A stretch of DNA of 64,000 bases from the NCBI RefSeq assembly GCF_006345805.1, contig NC_042999.1:134788001-134852000 (forward strand). Reading direction: 5' to 3'. The notes beneath the pieces were generated by a model. The model saw only the letters and a list, made by a program, of their open reading frames with translations. It ran no database searches and had not been told where the DNA came from. Below are positions 1 to 12,001 of the stretch, piece after piece (the stretch's first letter is position 1; every line of letters starts with the position of its first letter). The position numbers and the translations under genes are program-made. The DNA comes from Octopus sinensis. Taxonomy: Eukaryota.

Positions 1-71
1 CCAGATCATGAAAATTGATTTTCTCTATCTGCATTGTGTAAAAAGTAAACATCTTTTTTTTATTATCTTGC

Positions 72-270
72 ACTGCAGCCATGCTGGAGCACCACCTTGA
101 GGAAAGTTTAGTCGATTGGATCGACTCAAGTATTTACCCTTTTGCTAAGACTGGTACTTATTCAATCGGTTTCTTTTGCCGAACCGTTAAGTTACGAGGA
201 CGTAAACACACCAAACACCGATTGTCAAACAGTGGTGCAGGGCAAAACATACACAAAGACACACACACAC
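72..270 (-). mobile_element. SINE family A, 3' half, followed by (TA)n
   Basis: Diverged match to the copies at 1834, 18494 and 39009 (gccatgctggagcacc...gccgaaccgttaagttacg...aaacacacc). Confidence 0.75.
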
Positions 271-300
271 ACCTACATGTTTGTGTGTGTATGTATGTAA

Positions 301-364
<64 letters not shown>

Positions 365-623
365 TATATATATTATATATATAAGCAAGCTTCTTAACAT
401 ACAAAGAGAAAAAGAATCTCTGTAATACAGCTTATGTTACATCGAGCATGTTATATTGAGTATGTATGGTTACTGAAAGGGATCATTGAAAATTACAACT
501 ATAACCTCAATAACAAAGAGCAATCTATGAGTAGGAAGTGATCATGTTGGGAGGAAATAGCCCTGTTTTCCTTTCTAAAATGAGTAACTGTTTTGGGGGG
601 TTTTTTTTACCGATAACACTGAA

Positions 624-838
624 GTCGGCGAGCTAGCAGAATCGTTAGCACGCCGGGTAAAATGCTTAGCGGCATTTTGTCCGTCTTTATGTTCTGAATT
701 CAAATTCCGCTGAGGTCGACTTTACCTTTCATCCTTTCGAGATCGATAAAATAAGTACCAGTTAAGTACTGGGATCGATGTAATTGACTTTTCCCTCACA
801 CCAAAATTTTAGGCGTTGTACCTATAGAAGAAAGGATT
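624..838 (+). mobile_element. tRNA-derived SINE family B
   Basis: ggcgagctagcagaatcgttagc head, gttcaaattcc B-box-like motif, ttcatcctttcg..gtcgataaaataagtacc core, aaggatta tail. The same unit recurs about 10 times in the window. Confidence 0.85.
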
Positions 839-1174
839 AATGATAACACAACAATATTGTTACTGTAGCATTAGCACTACCGATATGGTAGTAGTTGTAA
901 ACCATTTTAATATATTATTTAATTACTCATTATATAAATGTGATTTTAATAACATAAGTGAAAGGCATTTCTATGGTTTATATAGTGTTTGAATTTTAGT
1001 ATAGTATTGTGTTATCTAGAACGGCTAGATGCCTTTCTTCCACAATATTCCTGGATGGTAGATTTAATTTATCATATTGTTTAACACAATCACAGGCTGC
1101 TTGTATATCTGTAGTGAAAGGGGTGAGGATCTACTCTGTTGCAAAATTTTGGACGGTGACAATTCTGTGGCAAC

Positions 1175-1209
<35 letters not shown>

Positions 1210-1264
1210 CCTCTCTCTCTCCCTCTCTCTCTCCCTCTCTCTTTCTCTCTCTCCCTCTCTCTCA
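1175..1264. repeat. (CT)n microsatellite
   Basis: Direct reading; explains the SLSL/ERER pseudo-ORFs. Confidence 0.95.
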
Positions 1265-1833
1265 TTCCCACTCACCCAGTCTTATGATAATTTCATTTTT
1301 TTAAATTTCATAAATAGACATGCCAGGTACGTATGCACAAAACACGTTTCGCAACCAATTAGCGAAAGAAATTAAAACAGATACAAGAAATTAATGTGCA
1401 CAAAAATAGTTATTCAGTACACATACAATTTTCTCATAAGAAACTTTGTCTTTGATATAAGTCTTCAGCACGCATTCGTTGGTCGTGTGTCTCATTGCTT
1501 AAAGAAGACTGTAGTCTTAGCTTCAAGGTCATATAACTTGTTATTTGACTTTAACATAAAAATCTCAAGTTGTTCCCAGCTAGTTTAATAAAGCTAATGT
1601 ATGGACCATGTTATAGAAAAGATTAAGAAGCGATTGCCATTTTAGGGTTAGAAGAAAGGGGTGCACATACATGGCTGGTCTAGAGCACTGAATACTCTGT
1701 TGGCGATCCTGCATCCCACCCAAAACTATATCAGTGAGGAGAGTTTAACTATCACCTGTTCCCCAATATGAAAAAATAAAAAAACACTTGGCTGGGAACC
1801 AGTGTCGCAGTGATGATGACGTCATAGCTGCTA

Positions 1834-2242
1834 TTACTCTCTCTATACTTGTTTCAGTCATTTGACTGCGGCCATGCTGAAGCACCGCCTTTAATCGAGC
1901 AAATCGACCCCAGGACTTATTCTTTTGTAAGCCCAGTACTTATTTTATCGGTCTCTTTTGCCGAACCGCTAAGTAACGGGGACATAAACACACCAGCATC
2001 GGTTGTCAAGCAATGCTAGGGGGGACAAACACAGACACACAAACACATACACACACATATATACATATATATACATATATACGACAGGCTTCTTTCAGTT
2101 TCCGTCTACCAAATCCACTCACAAGGCTTTGGTCGGCCCGAGGCTATAGTAGAAGACACTTACCCAAGGTGCCACGCAGTGGGACTGAACCCGGAACCAT
2201 GTGGTTGGTAAACAAGCTACTTACCACGCAGCCACTCCTGCG
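1834..2242 (-). mobile_element. tRNA-derived SINE family A, full length
   Basis: Reverse complement of the 18494-18908 copy. A box tggctg(c/t)gtgg, B box gggttcagtccc, internal microsatellite, agagt-type tail. Confidence 0.9.
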
Positions 2243-2287
2243 CTACTGCTCATTTTTTTTTTACGAACAGGATGAAAACTTTTTCAC

Positions 2288-2400
2288 TAATAGGATCCAA
2301 GCTCTGCATCAAATGGAAGAAGTGTGTGGACTGCAAAGGGGACCAGGTTGAAAAATATACCTCATTTGGTCACATTTCATGCCTATGAACTTTCCAGCCG
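2288..2400 (+). mobile_element. Mariner transposase C-terminal fragment
   Basis: Translates with a frameshift to GIQAL..WKKCVDCKGDQVEK*, matching the mariner end motif GIxxLxxRWxKCVxxxGxYVE. Confidence 0.55.
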
Positions 2401-3329
2401 AGCCTCGTATATTACTGCTGCAGTTTACATAAGAGTTCAGTGTTTTTGCCAAGGAGTTGGTGCAGCATGGGTTACAATACTGAACCAAGTCCTTTATCGA
2501 TTGGAAGTCTGATACCTAACTAATCTAGTTAATATCTTACTAACTTGGCTTTGCAGTTCTACAGTCGGCTCTGCCTATTTGAGATAAGCTCTACAGGTAC
2601 GGAAATGTTGTCAGACGGACCTGTCCGAGACGCGTTCAGAGCAATGAAACCATTCTGCATGCATCTAGCCAGCGTCCAGGCATTGCTGACTTGTGGGGCT
2701 TTGTCAAACAACTGTTGCTGCAGTAGGGCGGATCTGGCTACTGGCCAAGACAATCATGAAATTAGCTCCACCGCCTTCTTTTAGCCGGGTATGACAGGTA
2801 GTTTTACCCGGTCTGGTGGCTATGGGGAAAGAGGTAGTATGACAGAGGAAGTTGAAGGGACTAATGACAGATTATTTCCTCTGCAATCAAGCCTTCGTCG
2901 ACTTTTCAAGTTCCAAGTGACAAGGAAAGTTAAGGTAAAGAGAGAAGTGCTGCCCTACTGTGTTTTTGTTGAGAGGTGGAGTAATGTGGCGAGGATGACC
3001 CGTGTGAATGGGTCTACACTAAGTAGGATCCTGTAGGCTGGAGGAAAAGGAGAGGGGTGCCTGCTGAAGTGTCCTTAGCGATCACGGTGTCCAGGATTTG
3101 CAGAGTTACTTGGTTGCGCCTGGGTTGTGCTTCCCACTCTGAAGTAATTTTTTATTGTTTAATATGTTTTATTGTTAATTATTTTTATTTTATTGTTTAC
3201 ACGTGCTATATGCACACGTCCAATGTCCTACGTTTTATGTCGTCCCTTTTGTTTTGTGTGTGACCCTTGTAGCTAATAAGAAATTATCATTATTATTGTT
3301 GCTGTTGTTTTGCCGCTGCTATAGTTATT

Positions 3330-3348
3330 GCTGTAGTGATTATTATTA

Positions 3349-3411
<63 letters not shown>

Positions 3412-3432
3412 CATTATTATTATTATTATTGT
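3330..3432. repeat. (TAT)n microsatellite
   Basis: Direct reading. Confidence 0.95.
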
Positions 3433-3494
3433 TTTACTTCTCAGAACGTTCGGTCTTGTTTGTTCTGGTAGATTCTGTGAGAGCTGACAAAAGC

Positions 3495-3708
3495 CTGTTG
3501 TCAGATTGCACTCTGGACGAAATGTTTAGTGATATTTCGCCCGTCGCTACGTTCTGAGTTCATATTCCGCCGAAGTCGACTTTGCCTTTCATCCTTTCGG
3601 GGTCAATAAAATAAGTACCAGTTGAACACTGGGGTCTATGTAATCGACTAGTACTCTTCCCTCAAATTTCAGGCCTTGTGCCTTTAGTAAAAAGGACTAT
3701 TATTATTT
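3495..3708 (+). mobile_element. SINE family B
   Basis: gttctgagttcatattccgccgaagtcgactttgcctttcatcctttcggggtc core; tattatt tail. Confidence 0.8.
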
Positions 3709-3711
3709 TCA

Positions 3712-4800
3712 TATAACTCAACAGATTAGACTGTTGGAAAAGAAAAAAAACCCTAACATCAGGTTACAATAAGTAACTTTAGATGCCAAGAACCCTCCTA
3801 TCAGGCTACAACAAGTAACCTTAGATGCCTAGAAACCTCCTATCGAGCTACAACAAATAACCTTAGACCCCAGAACCCTCCAAAGTGTCCTAGCTGTACC
3901 TAATAACACTGTTTTCTGGAGCTGTACTAAACTGGGTTTTATGCCTATTTCCTCTATCCATCTGTTCAGATCTTTTGGGATAGTTCCCAATGCACCTATA
4001 ACTACCGGGATACAGTTTACCCACACTTTCCATAGTCTCTGTAATTCAACAGCTAGGTCCTGGTACTTTGCTATTTTTCGATACTTCTCAAATTGATGTT
4101 TACATCATTTGAGACTGTAAAGTCAATTATCTGGCGCTTTCTATTCTCTTTATCTACTACTACCAAATCAGGCCTTCTAGTTTCTACTACTCTGTCAGTC
4201 TGAATGTTAAAGTTCCACAACATCTTATATTTCTTACTTTCTAGTACTTTACTTGGGTTCATGTTCATGCCATTTATCAGTATGTTCAAATTCTAGCTTT
4301 CTACATAGCCCCCAGTAGATTGCTTTTCCTAAATTGTCATGTCTTGTATTCTTTCTGTGCCAGCATGCTGCATTCACTTACTATGTGAGTAACGCTTTCC
4401 TCCTTTCATTTTCGTTATCTACATTGGGAATCTACTTGGTTTTTTTGTCTATCTTGGCTTTTATCCAATTAGTCCTTAACACTTGATCTTGTGCAGCTAC
4501 TAACAAACTTTCTGTCTCCCTCTTCAGCTTTCCTTTCTGCAACCATAACTATGTCTCACTACTACTATTTGCTGCAACTATCTATGGGAATATACCATAC
4601 AACGCCTTTTCTTGCCAGTCAGATCATTTCTGTTCTTTTTTCTAGTTTTTAACTTCGTTTTGTTTTCCCTGTCTTGTTGTGACTCTAGCAGCTTTTAATA
4701 AACTTTCTTCACTATTACCTACATAGGAGTCTATATCAACTCTAACTCCACGTAGTCTTCTACTGATATTAACCCTCTTCCGCCTTATTTTCTAGGTAGG
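3712..4800 (-). mobile_element. R4/Dong-clade non-LTR retrotransposon 3' fragment (restriction-like endonuclease)
   Basis: KMLWNFNIQTDRVVETRRPDLVVVDKENRKRQIIDF and IPVVIGALGTIPKDL...LQKTVLLGTARTLWRVL are RLE-domain and C-terminal motifs of R4-type ORFs; frameshifted. Confidence 0.85.
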
Positions 4801-4806
4801 TAGGTA

Positions 4807-4817
4807 TAATGATGATG

Positions 4818-4870
<53 letters not shown>
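4807..4870. repeat. (AAT)n microsatellite
   Basis: Direct reading. Confidence 0.95.
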
Positions 4871-7620
4871 TTGTACGGTCGACCTAAATAGGCTTAAAAG
4901 ACAGGGACCCGGTTCCTAGAAGCTGAACGCGTCACTTCTGGCGTGACAAGCTTACAGCGACCGGATTAAAGAATTAGGTAAACGGGCGTTGACGGGGTCA
5001 GCCTTAAACCACAACTGGGGGCATTCCTTAAAAAGGGCAATTAGAGTAGACTAAGTTAGGTTGAGGAAGATATTAGTAACAGAAAGAAATAAAATAGAAG
5101 GGAACTTAGAAGAGGCACTTAGGAAAGACATTCCAACCGACGTGCTGGTGGCGAGACTGGCCTTAGACCAGTTCTTCAAAGCTAAACATGAAGATTGCAT
5201 TGTCAGAGCTAAGGCGCGTGCACTAAGACAAGAAGGAAACAAAGTCGCTCAATGGGCCCGAGTGACAGAGGCGCAAAGCCAAAATTTGGTGTTTGGTGGG
5301 CCAAAATGGGCGCAGAGTAGTCTAGCCCAAGCAGATGTGCGCGGCGTTTCAGCGACACTACGCCCAATGTTTTGGAATGCAGGATGGACTTCAGAACCTA
5401 CCGCGACAGCATGCCACAGCTCTCGGAGAGGGTGGGGGCGGAGCGTTGCGAAATACCCATAACAGCCGCAGAAATACGGGATGTAACGATAGGTTGCAAG
5501 ACAGGCAAATCGCCTGGTTTGGATGGTTTGCCCTACGAGCTTTGCTATTATATGCCAGACTTGTTTGGCGGCCTCTTAGCAGATAACTAATGCAACTGAC
5601 ACCAGAACGAAATAATTCCTAATTCCGTGAACCGAGGAGCGGTAGCACTGCTGAGATAGGACCCAAACAAAGGGAACGAAATAGAATATTTTGGGCCCAT
5701 AACGCAGCTGAATGCAAATTTCAAAATTTTGGCCAAAGAGGTTGGCGTGTGTCGTCGAGGAACTGATTGGTGATGCGCAAACATGCGCAATCCCAAGTGG
5801 ATACGTCCACGACAATCTCTGTCTCATGCGATATATAATTGACAGGGTGGGTAAGGAAGCTCGTATGGGTGGGGCTCAGATCAATTTGGATCAATCCAAA
5901 GCTTTCGATAGGGTTGACCACCAATACTTGGCAGCTGTCCTCATGGTGGCCGGTTTCGATCCCGTTTTCCGTGGTTGGATAGCTGCTATGTACAGGGACA
6001 TTTGTTCGGTGGTTCGGTTAAATGGTTACCTCTCAGAAGCATTCAATTATGTGTTCGGTCTGTCAAGGATACTCACTCTTATCTCTTCTGTATGTACTGG
6101 CTTTAGAACCACTACTGAGAAAATGAAAGGCGTTGAGAGGCATCCCGCGCGAATTAGGACATGGGTGAACTGTGTCGGCATACTCAGATGACATCACTGT
6201 CATAGTGTCGAACAATAAGTACATAGACCTGGTCGGAATATGAGGCGGTAACAGGAGCAAAAACTAATCAGAAAAAAGTCAGTGGGCCAGTAGCTCGACA
6301 CCTGAAAAGGCAAATCCATGCCGTCCAATAACGTCATGGGACGCTGGACGGAAGGACCAGTTAAATTGCTCGGGTTCAGGTTCGGTCCAGATCTCCAGCT
6401 GGAGAAGAACTGGGACGAGGCGACGAGCAGGGTGGCCAATATCACTCAGTAATGGGCCGAGAGAAAGGTATACTTGAAAGGTCGGGCAGAGATGGCGAAC
6501 ACATACATCGCCTCTGTCATATATTATGACTGGTCAGGCACTCTATTTGCTGTCAACACCCGCTGAACGGAGGGCTGGACACACCGTAGCTGTTGATGCG
6601 CAGATAAGCGCTGGGGCTGCGACATCTCCAGCGCTTCCTAAATGGTGAGCAGGTGTGGTCGCCTTTTGTCAGACACAAATTCTCACAGCTTGTCTCTTTG
6701 TCGGAGCCTCAGTCCCGGATCAAGCGTAGACCGAAGCAGGGCACCTGGTACCTAGAATGTCATCAGGTGCTCATAGTCCTTTGTCTGTCGGACAATCCGG
6801 TCGATGGAAGTTCCACTTAGGCTGTCTGTAGAGGGTTATTGGTGGACAAGTGCGACCGACGACGTTTTCAAAGAAACTCTAGACGTCGACAAGAATGAGC
6901 TGGCTAGTCTGTTCCGGAGGAGTCTCGGGCCGGGGCATATGGATAACTTCCAGAAATCCCTGGCATAGCAGTGCCACCGGGGACCATTGGCGATTCGAGA
7001 TAAAATCTTCAGGCATGGAAGTGCTGTCTTCAGGAATGGAAGTGCCCGAGATGCACGCAAGAGCGACGAAGCTGTTCTGCACGCTCTCGTCCAGCACTTC
7101 TGATTTGTGGATTTATGTCGAACACCTTTTGCCGCGTGTAGGATGGGTCCAGTTATCGACTGAGTTCACCAAGAAGATCGCTCTGCCACTTTCCTTTGGT
7201 CGGGACGGGCAAGAAGTGTTTCTTTGCCTGACGGCCTTAGCGAAAGGGGTTATGTGGTGGACAAAGTTGAAAGGGCTGAAGACAGACACTATCTTCTTTA
7301 GTCAAACTTTCATCAACTTTTTGTTAAAAGGTGGGTGTATGTAGTGCGAATGGTCCGAGTGAACGGGCCTATTCTAAGCATGCGGCTCTAGATAAAGGGT
7401 AGAAGAAAAGGAGAGGGCACTTGCTCAAGAGATCAGGTTTATAGTGGTTTTTGTGGATTTTCCACGTACAGCTCTTGGAAGTCTCCCTTTTTTTGCTGAT
7501 TTTACTTGTTATAACTTATATTGTTTTTCTTTATTTACACGTTCCAATCCCACTCGTTTTGTATTGTCCTATACCATCCCCCAATCTTTTATAAGAACCT
7601 TCAGTAGCCAAAAAAAGAAA
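4871..7620 (+). mobile_element. Tx1/L1-clade LINE, 5'-truncated and degenerate ORF2
   Basis: GPG.WKLNASL, KSPGLDGLPYE, QTCAIP, LDQSKAFDRVDHQYL, and a C-terminal CPRC...HAL zinc-knuckle motif near 7035-7100. Many stops and frameshifts; T-rich 3' region ending in an A-rich tail. Confidence 0.85.
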
Positions 7621-7644
7621 GAGATTATTAATATTATTATCATT

Positions 7645-8245
7645 TGAGACGTCTCACCGTATCCAATACCATGATGTTGTTGATTGAAGATATTGTGTCT
7701 ACTGGGGGTTTATACTGTCTGTCAAGTTACTAGGATCTCAGACAGACAGTACTTTACGCAATATGTATGCCGTTCCAAGTAATGCCGATTTTTTCAATAC
7801 ACCTAGATTGTAGGGTATTTCTAAAGTTTGCAGGTGTTTTTCCATGTTGGGTAGCATTGAACCCAATGCTCTGATGACAACAGGGTCAACCTTTATGTTT
7901 GACTCTCGTAGCTGCACATCTTGGCGATCTCAATTCTCAGGTTTCTATATTTATCAATCTTTCCTCTTTCTTTTGATCTCCTGGCACTGCCACGTCAAAT
8001 ATTAGGTACTCTTGTTTGTCCTTCCTAAAGGTTACTATATCCGGCCTTCAGTGCTCTAACACCTAGTCTGTCTGGAAGTCAAAGTTCCAGTGGATTTTTG
8101 CCTTCCCCTTTTCGTCTATTACCTTTGCAGGTGTATGTCGGTACTAAGCACCCATTAACTCATATCTATATTTCCGACATTATAGACAATGGAGGTTTGA
8201 GGCTACCTTGTCGTGTCTAAGCTTGTACTATTTCTGCCAAAAATT
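7645..8245 (-). mobile_element. Second R4/Dong-clade 3' fragment
   Basis: Minus strand gives KYKLRHDKVA, KIHWNFDFQTD..RPDIV, IFDVAVPGD, EEKIDKY and SALLGTAYILRKVL, with stops. Confidence 0.75.
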
Positions 8246-8254
8246 TTCACACGC

Positions 8255-8530
8255 ACTAACAACGTGAGCCATGCTTTCACACGATCAAGGCCATAGCGGA
8301 GAGAGAACGCATCTCACCTATGGAAGCAGTATTCTGGTACAATATGTCACTACAGTCAGGACAGCCTGAAGAGTCCGTGCCACACAGATCGATATTCAGG
8401 TATGAACGGCGTCACCCGAGTACATCAGAATGCCTTATGGAAGAGAGAGGGCCTGCGTTCGTGCAGATAGGAGATGAAGTCTGGGTCGAGCCCTCGAAGG
8501 CACGGTGCACGGTGCACATTTCAGTGGAAC
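8255..8530 (+). mobile_element. Gypsy-like integrase C-terminal fragment
   Basis: EAVFWYN...SVPHRSIFRYE.RHP...VQIGDEVWV.P..ARCT resembles the C-terminus of invertebrate Gypsy integrases (recognised from memory, no search). Confidence 0.45.
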
Positions 8531-8651
8531 AGAAGAACAGTGACAACTATTAATTCCAAAAATAATGGATCGATGGGATCGATGTAATCGACTAGTCCCC
8601 TGTTCCCAAATTTCAGTCCTTGTGTCTTAAGTAGAAAGGATTATCATTATT

Positions 8652-9700
8652 TCTTTTATTTCTTTATTCCCCACAGGGGGCTAAGCAGAGGAGACAAACA
8701 AGGACAAAGGGATTAAGTCGATCACATCGACCCCAGTGCGTAACTGGTACTTATTTAATCGACTCCGAAAGGATGAAAGGCAAAGTCAACCTCGGCGGAA
8801 TTTGGACTCAGAACGTAACGGCAGGCGAAATACCTATTTCTTTACTACCCACAAGGGGCTACACATAGAGAGGACAAACAAGGACAGACAAACGGATTAA
8901 GTCGATTATATCGACCCCAGTGCGTAACTGATACTTAGGATCTTTTCGGTTTGAACGGCATTTTTTTCTAGCGGTGTCATATGAAATTGTCACCCATAAT
9001 TTTGACCCTAGCATCGATCTATTGCATTTCAATCTGATTTAGGGTTAGGGTTAGTTAGGATTAGTTAGGGTACGGGCTAGGGGTGGGGGGATGGTATCTT
9101 TTTTTCTTCAGAAATGTAAATAAACCCAATCTGTTTCTTAAACGAGGGACATATTCACACGGCACAGAATGTTTTCACCTCAATAGACGTTATTGATTGG
9201 TTGAAATTGCAGAAATTGAAGAAAAAAACAACAAATATCTTACAAACTATAGAATTTTCTCAATAAGGCCAAGAGAAATAGATGTTTTATAAACACATTC
9301 TACCAGTATACGAATTCTAAAAGTGTTTAGTTACGTGGAAATTATTTTAAAAAACTGCCGTTCAAACCGAAAAGATCCGGTACTTATTTAATCGACCCCG
9401 AAAGGATGAAAGGCAAAGTCGACCTCGGCGGAATTTGAACTCAGAACGTAGCAGCAGGCGAAATACCTTTTTCTTAACTACCCACAAGGGGATAAACACA
9501 GAGGGGACAAACAAGGACAGACAAACGGATTAAGTCGATTATATCGACCCCAGTGCGTAACTGGTACTTTTTTAATCGACCCCTAAAGGATGAAAGGCAA
9601 AGTCGACCTCGGCGGAATTTGAACTCAGAACGAAAGACAGACGAAATACCGCTAAGCATTTCGACCGGGGTGCTAACATTTCTGCCAGCTCGCCGTCTAT
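8652..9700 (-). mobile_element. Head-to-tail array of three SINE-B variant units, middle unit interrupted by a MITE
   Basis: Three repeats of ...cccacaaggg...gacaaacaagg...tcgaccccagtgcgtaactgg...ggcaaagtcgacctcggcggaattt..actcagaacg; only the last unit carries the tRNA head (to ~9700). Confidence 0.85.
8938..9378. mobile_element. MITE with ~23-30 bp TIRs and 8-bp TSD
   Basis: GGATCTTTTCGGTTTGAACGGCA ... TGCCGTTCAAACCGAAAAGATCC. Flanks gatactta / ggtactta duplicate the SINE sequence ggtactta (7/8 match). Internal TTAGGG-like run. Confidence 0.85.
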
Positions 9701-10411
9701 CATTATTATTAAGGCGGTGAGCTGGAAGAATCGTTTGCCCGCCGGTGTGTGTGGTGATGTTGAACTTATTTAGCTATTCAGTCGGCAGATGTCAAGGTTG
9801 GGTAGTACATTCTTTTATTCGATCTCATTTAAAGCATGACTATCTTCTATGAATTCTGAAGTAAACAGATCAGCCGGTACAGCCACTACAACCATAAGCT
9901 GTTGGGGTTCATTATCTGAATTAATAAATGATACATTTAAAAGGTCACCCTAAGAAAGTATCATTTATCAATTCAGACAATGAACCCCATTAGCTTATGG
10001 CTGTAGTAGATGTACTGGCTGATCCGTTTACTGCGGAATTCATTGAAGATAGTCATGCCTTAAATGAGATCGAACAAAAGAATGTACTACCCATCCTTGA
10101 CATCTGCAGACTGAATAACAAAATGAGTCCAACATCACCACACACCTACCCCCTTTCCCATATAACTACCATTCCTTCTTCTTTTCCATTACCACATACT
10201 CCAATTACGCTCATTAATGCCCTTTATGTTAACCAGGCAGAAGTAACAATCTTCCCTGTGATCCCTTTGTTCTATCCGGGCATAAGAGGAATGATATGCA
10301 TGTGCAAGAGAGGAGATTGTGTTGGTTTGGTCATGTCCTTACGAAGGAGATAACAGAAGACTGAGATATGTGGCACATTGCAGTACTCAAGTAGACCTGC
10401 CCACCAGAACA

Positions 10412-10657
10412 GAAGCAATAATAATTCTCTAAACGAGATTTAGACAGTAACTGCTCCATAACATAAGGGACATTAGCCATTTGAATGTGGCTAGGGACAG
10501 GGCAGGGCGGTGGGGGTGTTACTGATGCATTTAGCCCCAGGCGATCATCTACGTCACCAGATAGGCTGACACCATCACGGTGTCCTCTATCCTGCAAAGG
10601 GAGATCATTCCCCGAAGTTACTGTCTAAATCTCGTTTAGAGAATTATTATTGCTGTC
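10412..10657. mobile_element. Putative MITE with 39-bp perfect inverted termini
   Basis: 10414-10452 AGCAATAATAATTCTCTAAACGAGATTTAGACAGTAACT is the exact reverse complement of 10616-10654; possible gaaca TSD. Confidence 0.6.
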
Positions 10658-10842
10658 GAACAGATTTTCGAAATCAGTAAATGTATTTACGTGAAAATCT
10701 ATATATAAATATCCTGCACGGGAAGTTGTTCGTCGAGGAGCGGTGCCTGCCATACGTTGATGATAGGCAAATACCTGTCGTGTAAACAGCATTGGTGATA
10801 TATATATATATATATATTAATATATATATATATATATATATA

Positions 10843-11745
10843 TAGGGGATCCATAAAGTCTCTTTACAATTCTAAAATTTTGTTACAAAGGCAGTTGACA
10901 AGATATCTTAACCAGATTTGTTTTATTGTAAAAATTGTTTATTAAAGTTTTTTTTAACTGTTATTTAATAGACCTCAATATGGGCACCATTAGTTGCGCG
11001 AAGCACATCCAGACGATACTCGATTTCATGCTATGTTCCCTGTAGGATAGCCTCATCAACGGTGGTAATGACATTACGAATCCTTTGCTTCAAGTCATCT
11101 TTGTTTGATATCTTTTACATAACCCCATAAAAAGAAGTCCAAGGCAGTGATATCTGGCGAACGTGGTGGCCATGGAATTGGCCCATCCCTTACAATTCAT
11201 CGGTCTGGAAATGTTTGATTAAAGAACTGATGAACATGCCGTTCCCAATGTGGTTGTGCACCATCTTGCTGGAAAATGATGGTTGGTTGTAAATCAATCA
11301 GTTGTGGTGCCAAATATTCGGTCAGAAGGTCGAGGTAAACATCTGCAGTAATTGTTGCCTTGTTGAAGAAAAATGGACCAATTATTCGATTGCATATGAT
11401 TCCACACCACACATTCACTTTTGGACTATCCCGTTGAAGCTCCCTAGTCACATGGGGGTGTTCTGATCCCCAGATTCTCACATTGTGTCTGTTTAATTTC
11501 CCTGAAACATGAAAAGTCGCCTCGTCACTAAAGCAAACTCGTTTGAGGAATGTTTCATCCTCATTTTATAGGGGTTCAGTGAATCAGTTCCCTTCCATCA
11601 ACAGAGTATCTGAAACACAAAAATGTAATACCAATAAAAACTTTAATAAGCAATTATTAAAATAAAACAAATCTGGTTAAAATATCTCATCAACTGTCTT
11701 TGTAATAATTTTGTTAAATTGTAAAGAGACTTTATGGACACCCTG
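10843..11745 (-). mobile_element. Internally deleted Tc1/mariner element, DD41D (rosa-type) catalytic spacing
   Basis: TIRs CAGGGTGTCCATAAAGTCTCTTTACAATT and TA flanks. FSDEATFH, FQQDGAQPH, WPPRSPDITxLDFFLWGYVK; in-frame stop; N-terminal DNA-binding region absent. Confidence 0.88.
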
Positions 11746-11786
<41 letters not shown>

Positions 11787-11790
<4 letters not shown>

Positions 11791-12001
11791 TAGAAGAAAT
11801 AAGGTACTCAGACATCTGGATGGTTTTATATTTACAGATATTTATTAATATGTCACATGTTTTTATAAATCATATATCTGAAGACTCCACTAAAGTGGAC
11901 GTAAGCGCTAATATATGATTTATGAAAACATGTGACATATTAATAGATATCTGTAAATATAAAACCATCCAGATTTCTGAGTACCTTATTTCTTCTAATA
12001 T
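11787..12001 (+). other. 215-bp fold-back element with a hammerhead-like apex
   Basis: 91-bp inverted arms (11787-11877 / 11911-12001) enclosing CTGAAGA-c-TCCAC-taaa-GTGGA-c-GTAA-GCGCT-A. Confidence 0.7.

Noticed and set aside
81-425. ORFs rich in IY/YI, CV/HT, SL/ER or poly-I/L (also at 13-14 kb, 20.6-21.1 kb, 24.7-25.2 kb, 55.2-55.6 kb)
   Set aside because: Translations of (TA)n, (GT)n, (CT)n and (TAT)n microsatellites, not genes.
2530-3130. GC-richer stretch with several short ORFs
   Set aside because: No recognisable motif or splice structure; probably an unidentified repeat.
9040-9075. Telomere or chromosome-fusion site
   Set aside because: Only two perfect TTAGGG units, located inside a TIR-bounded MITE.
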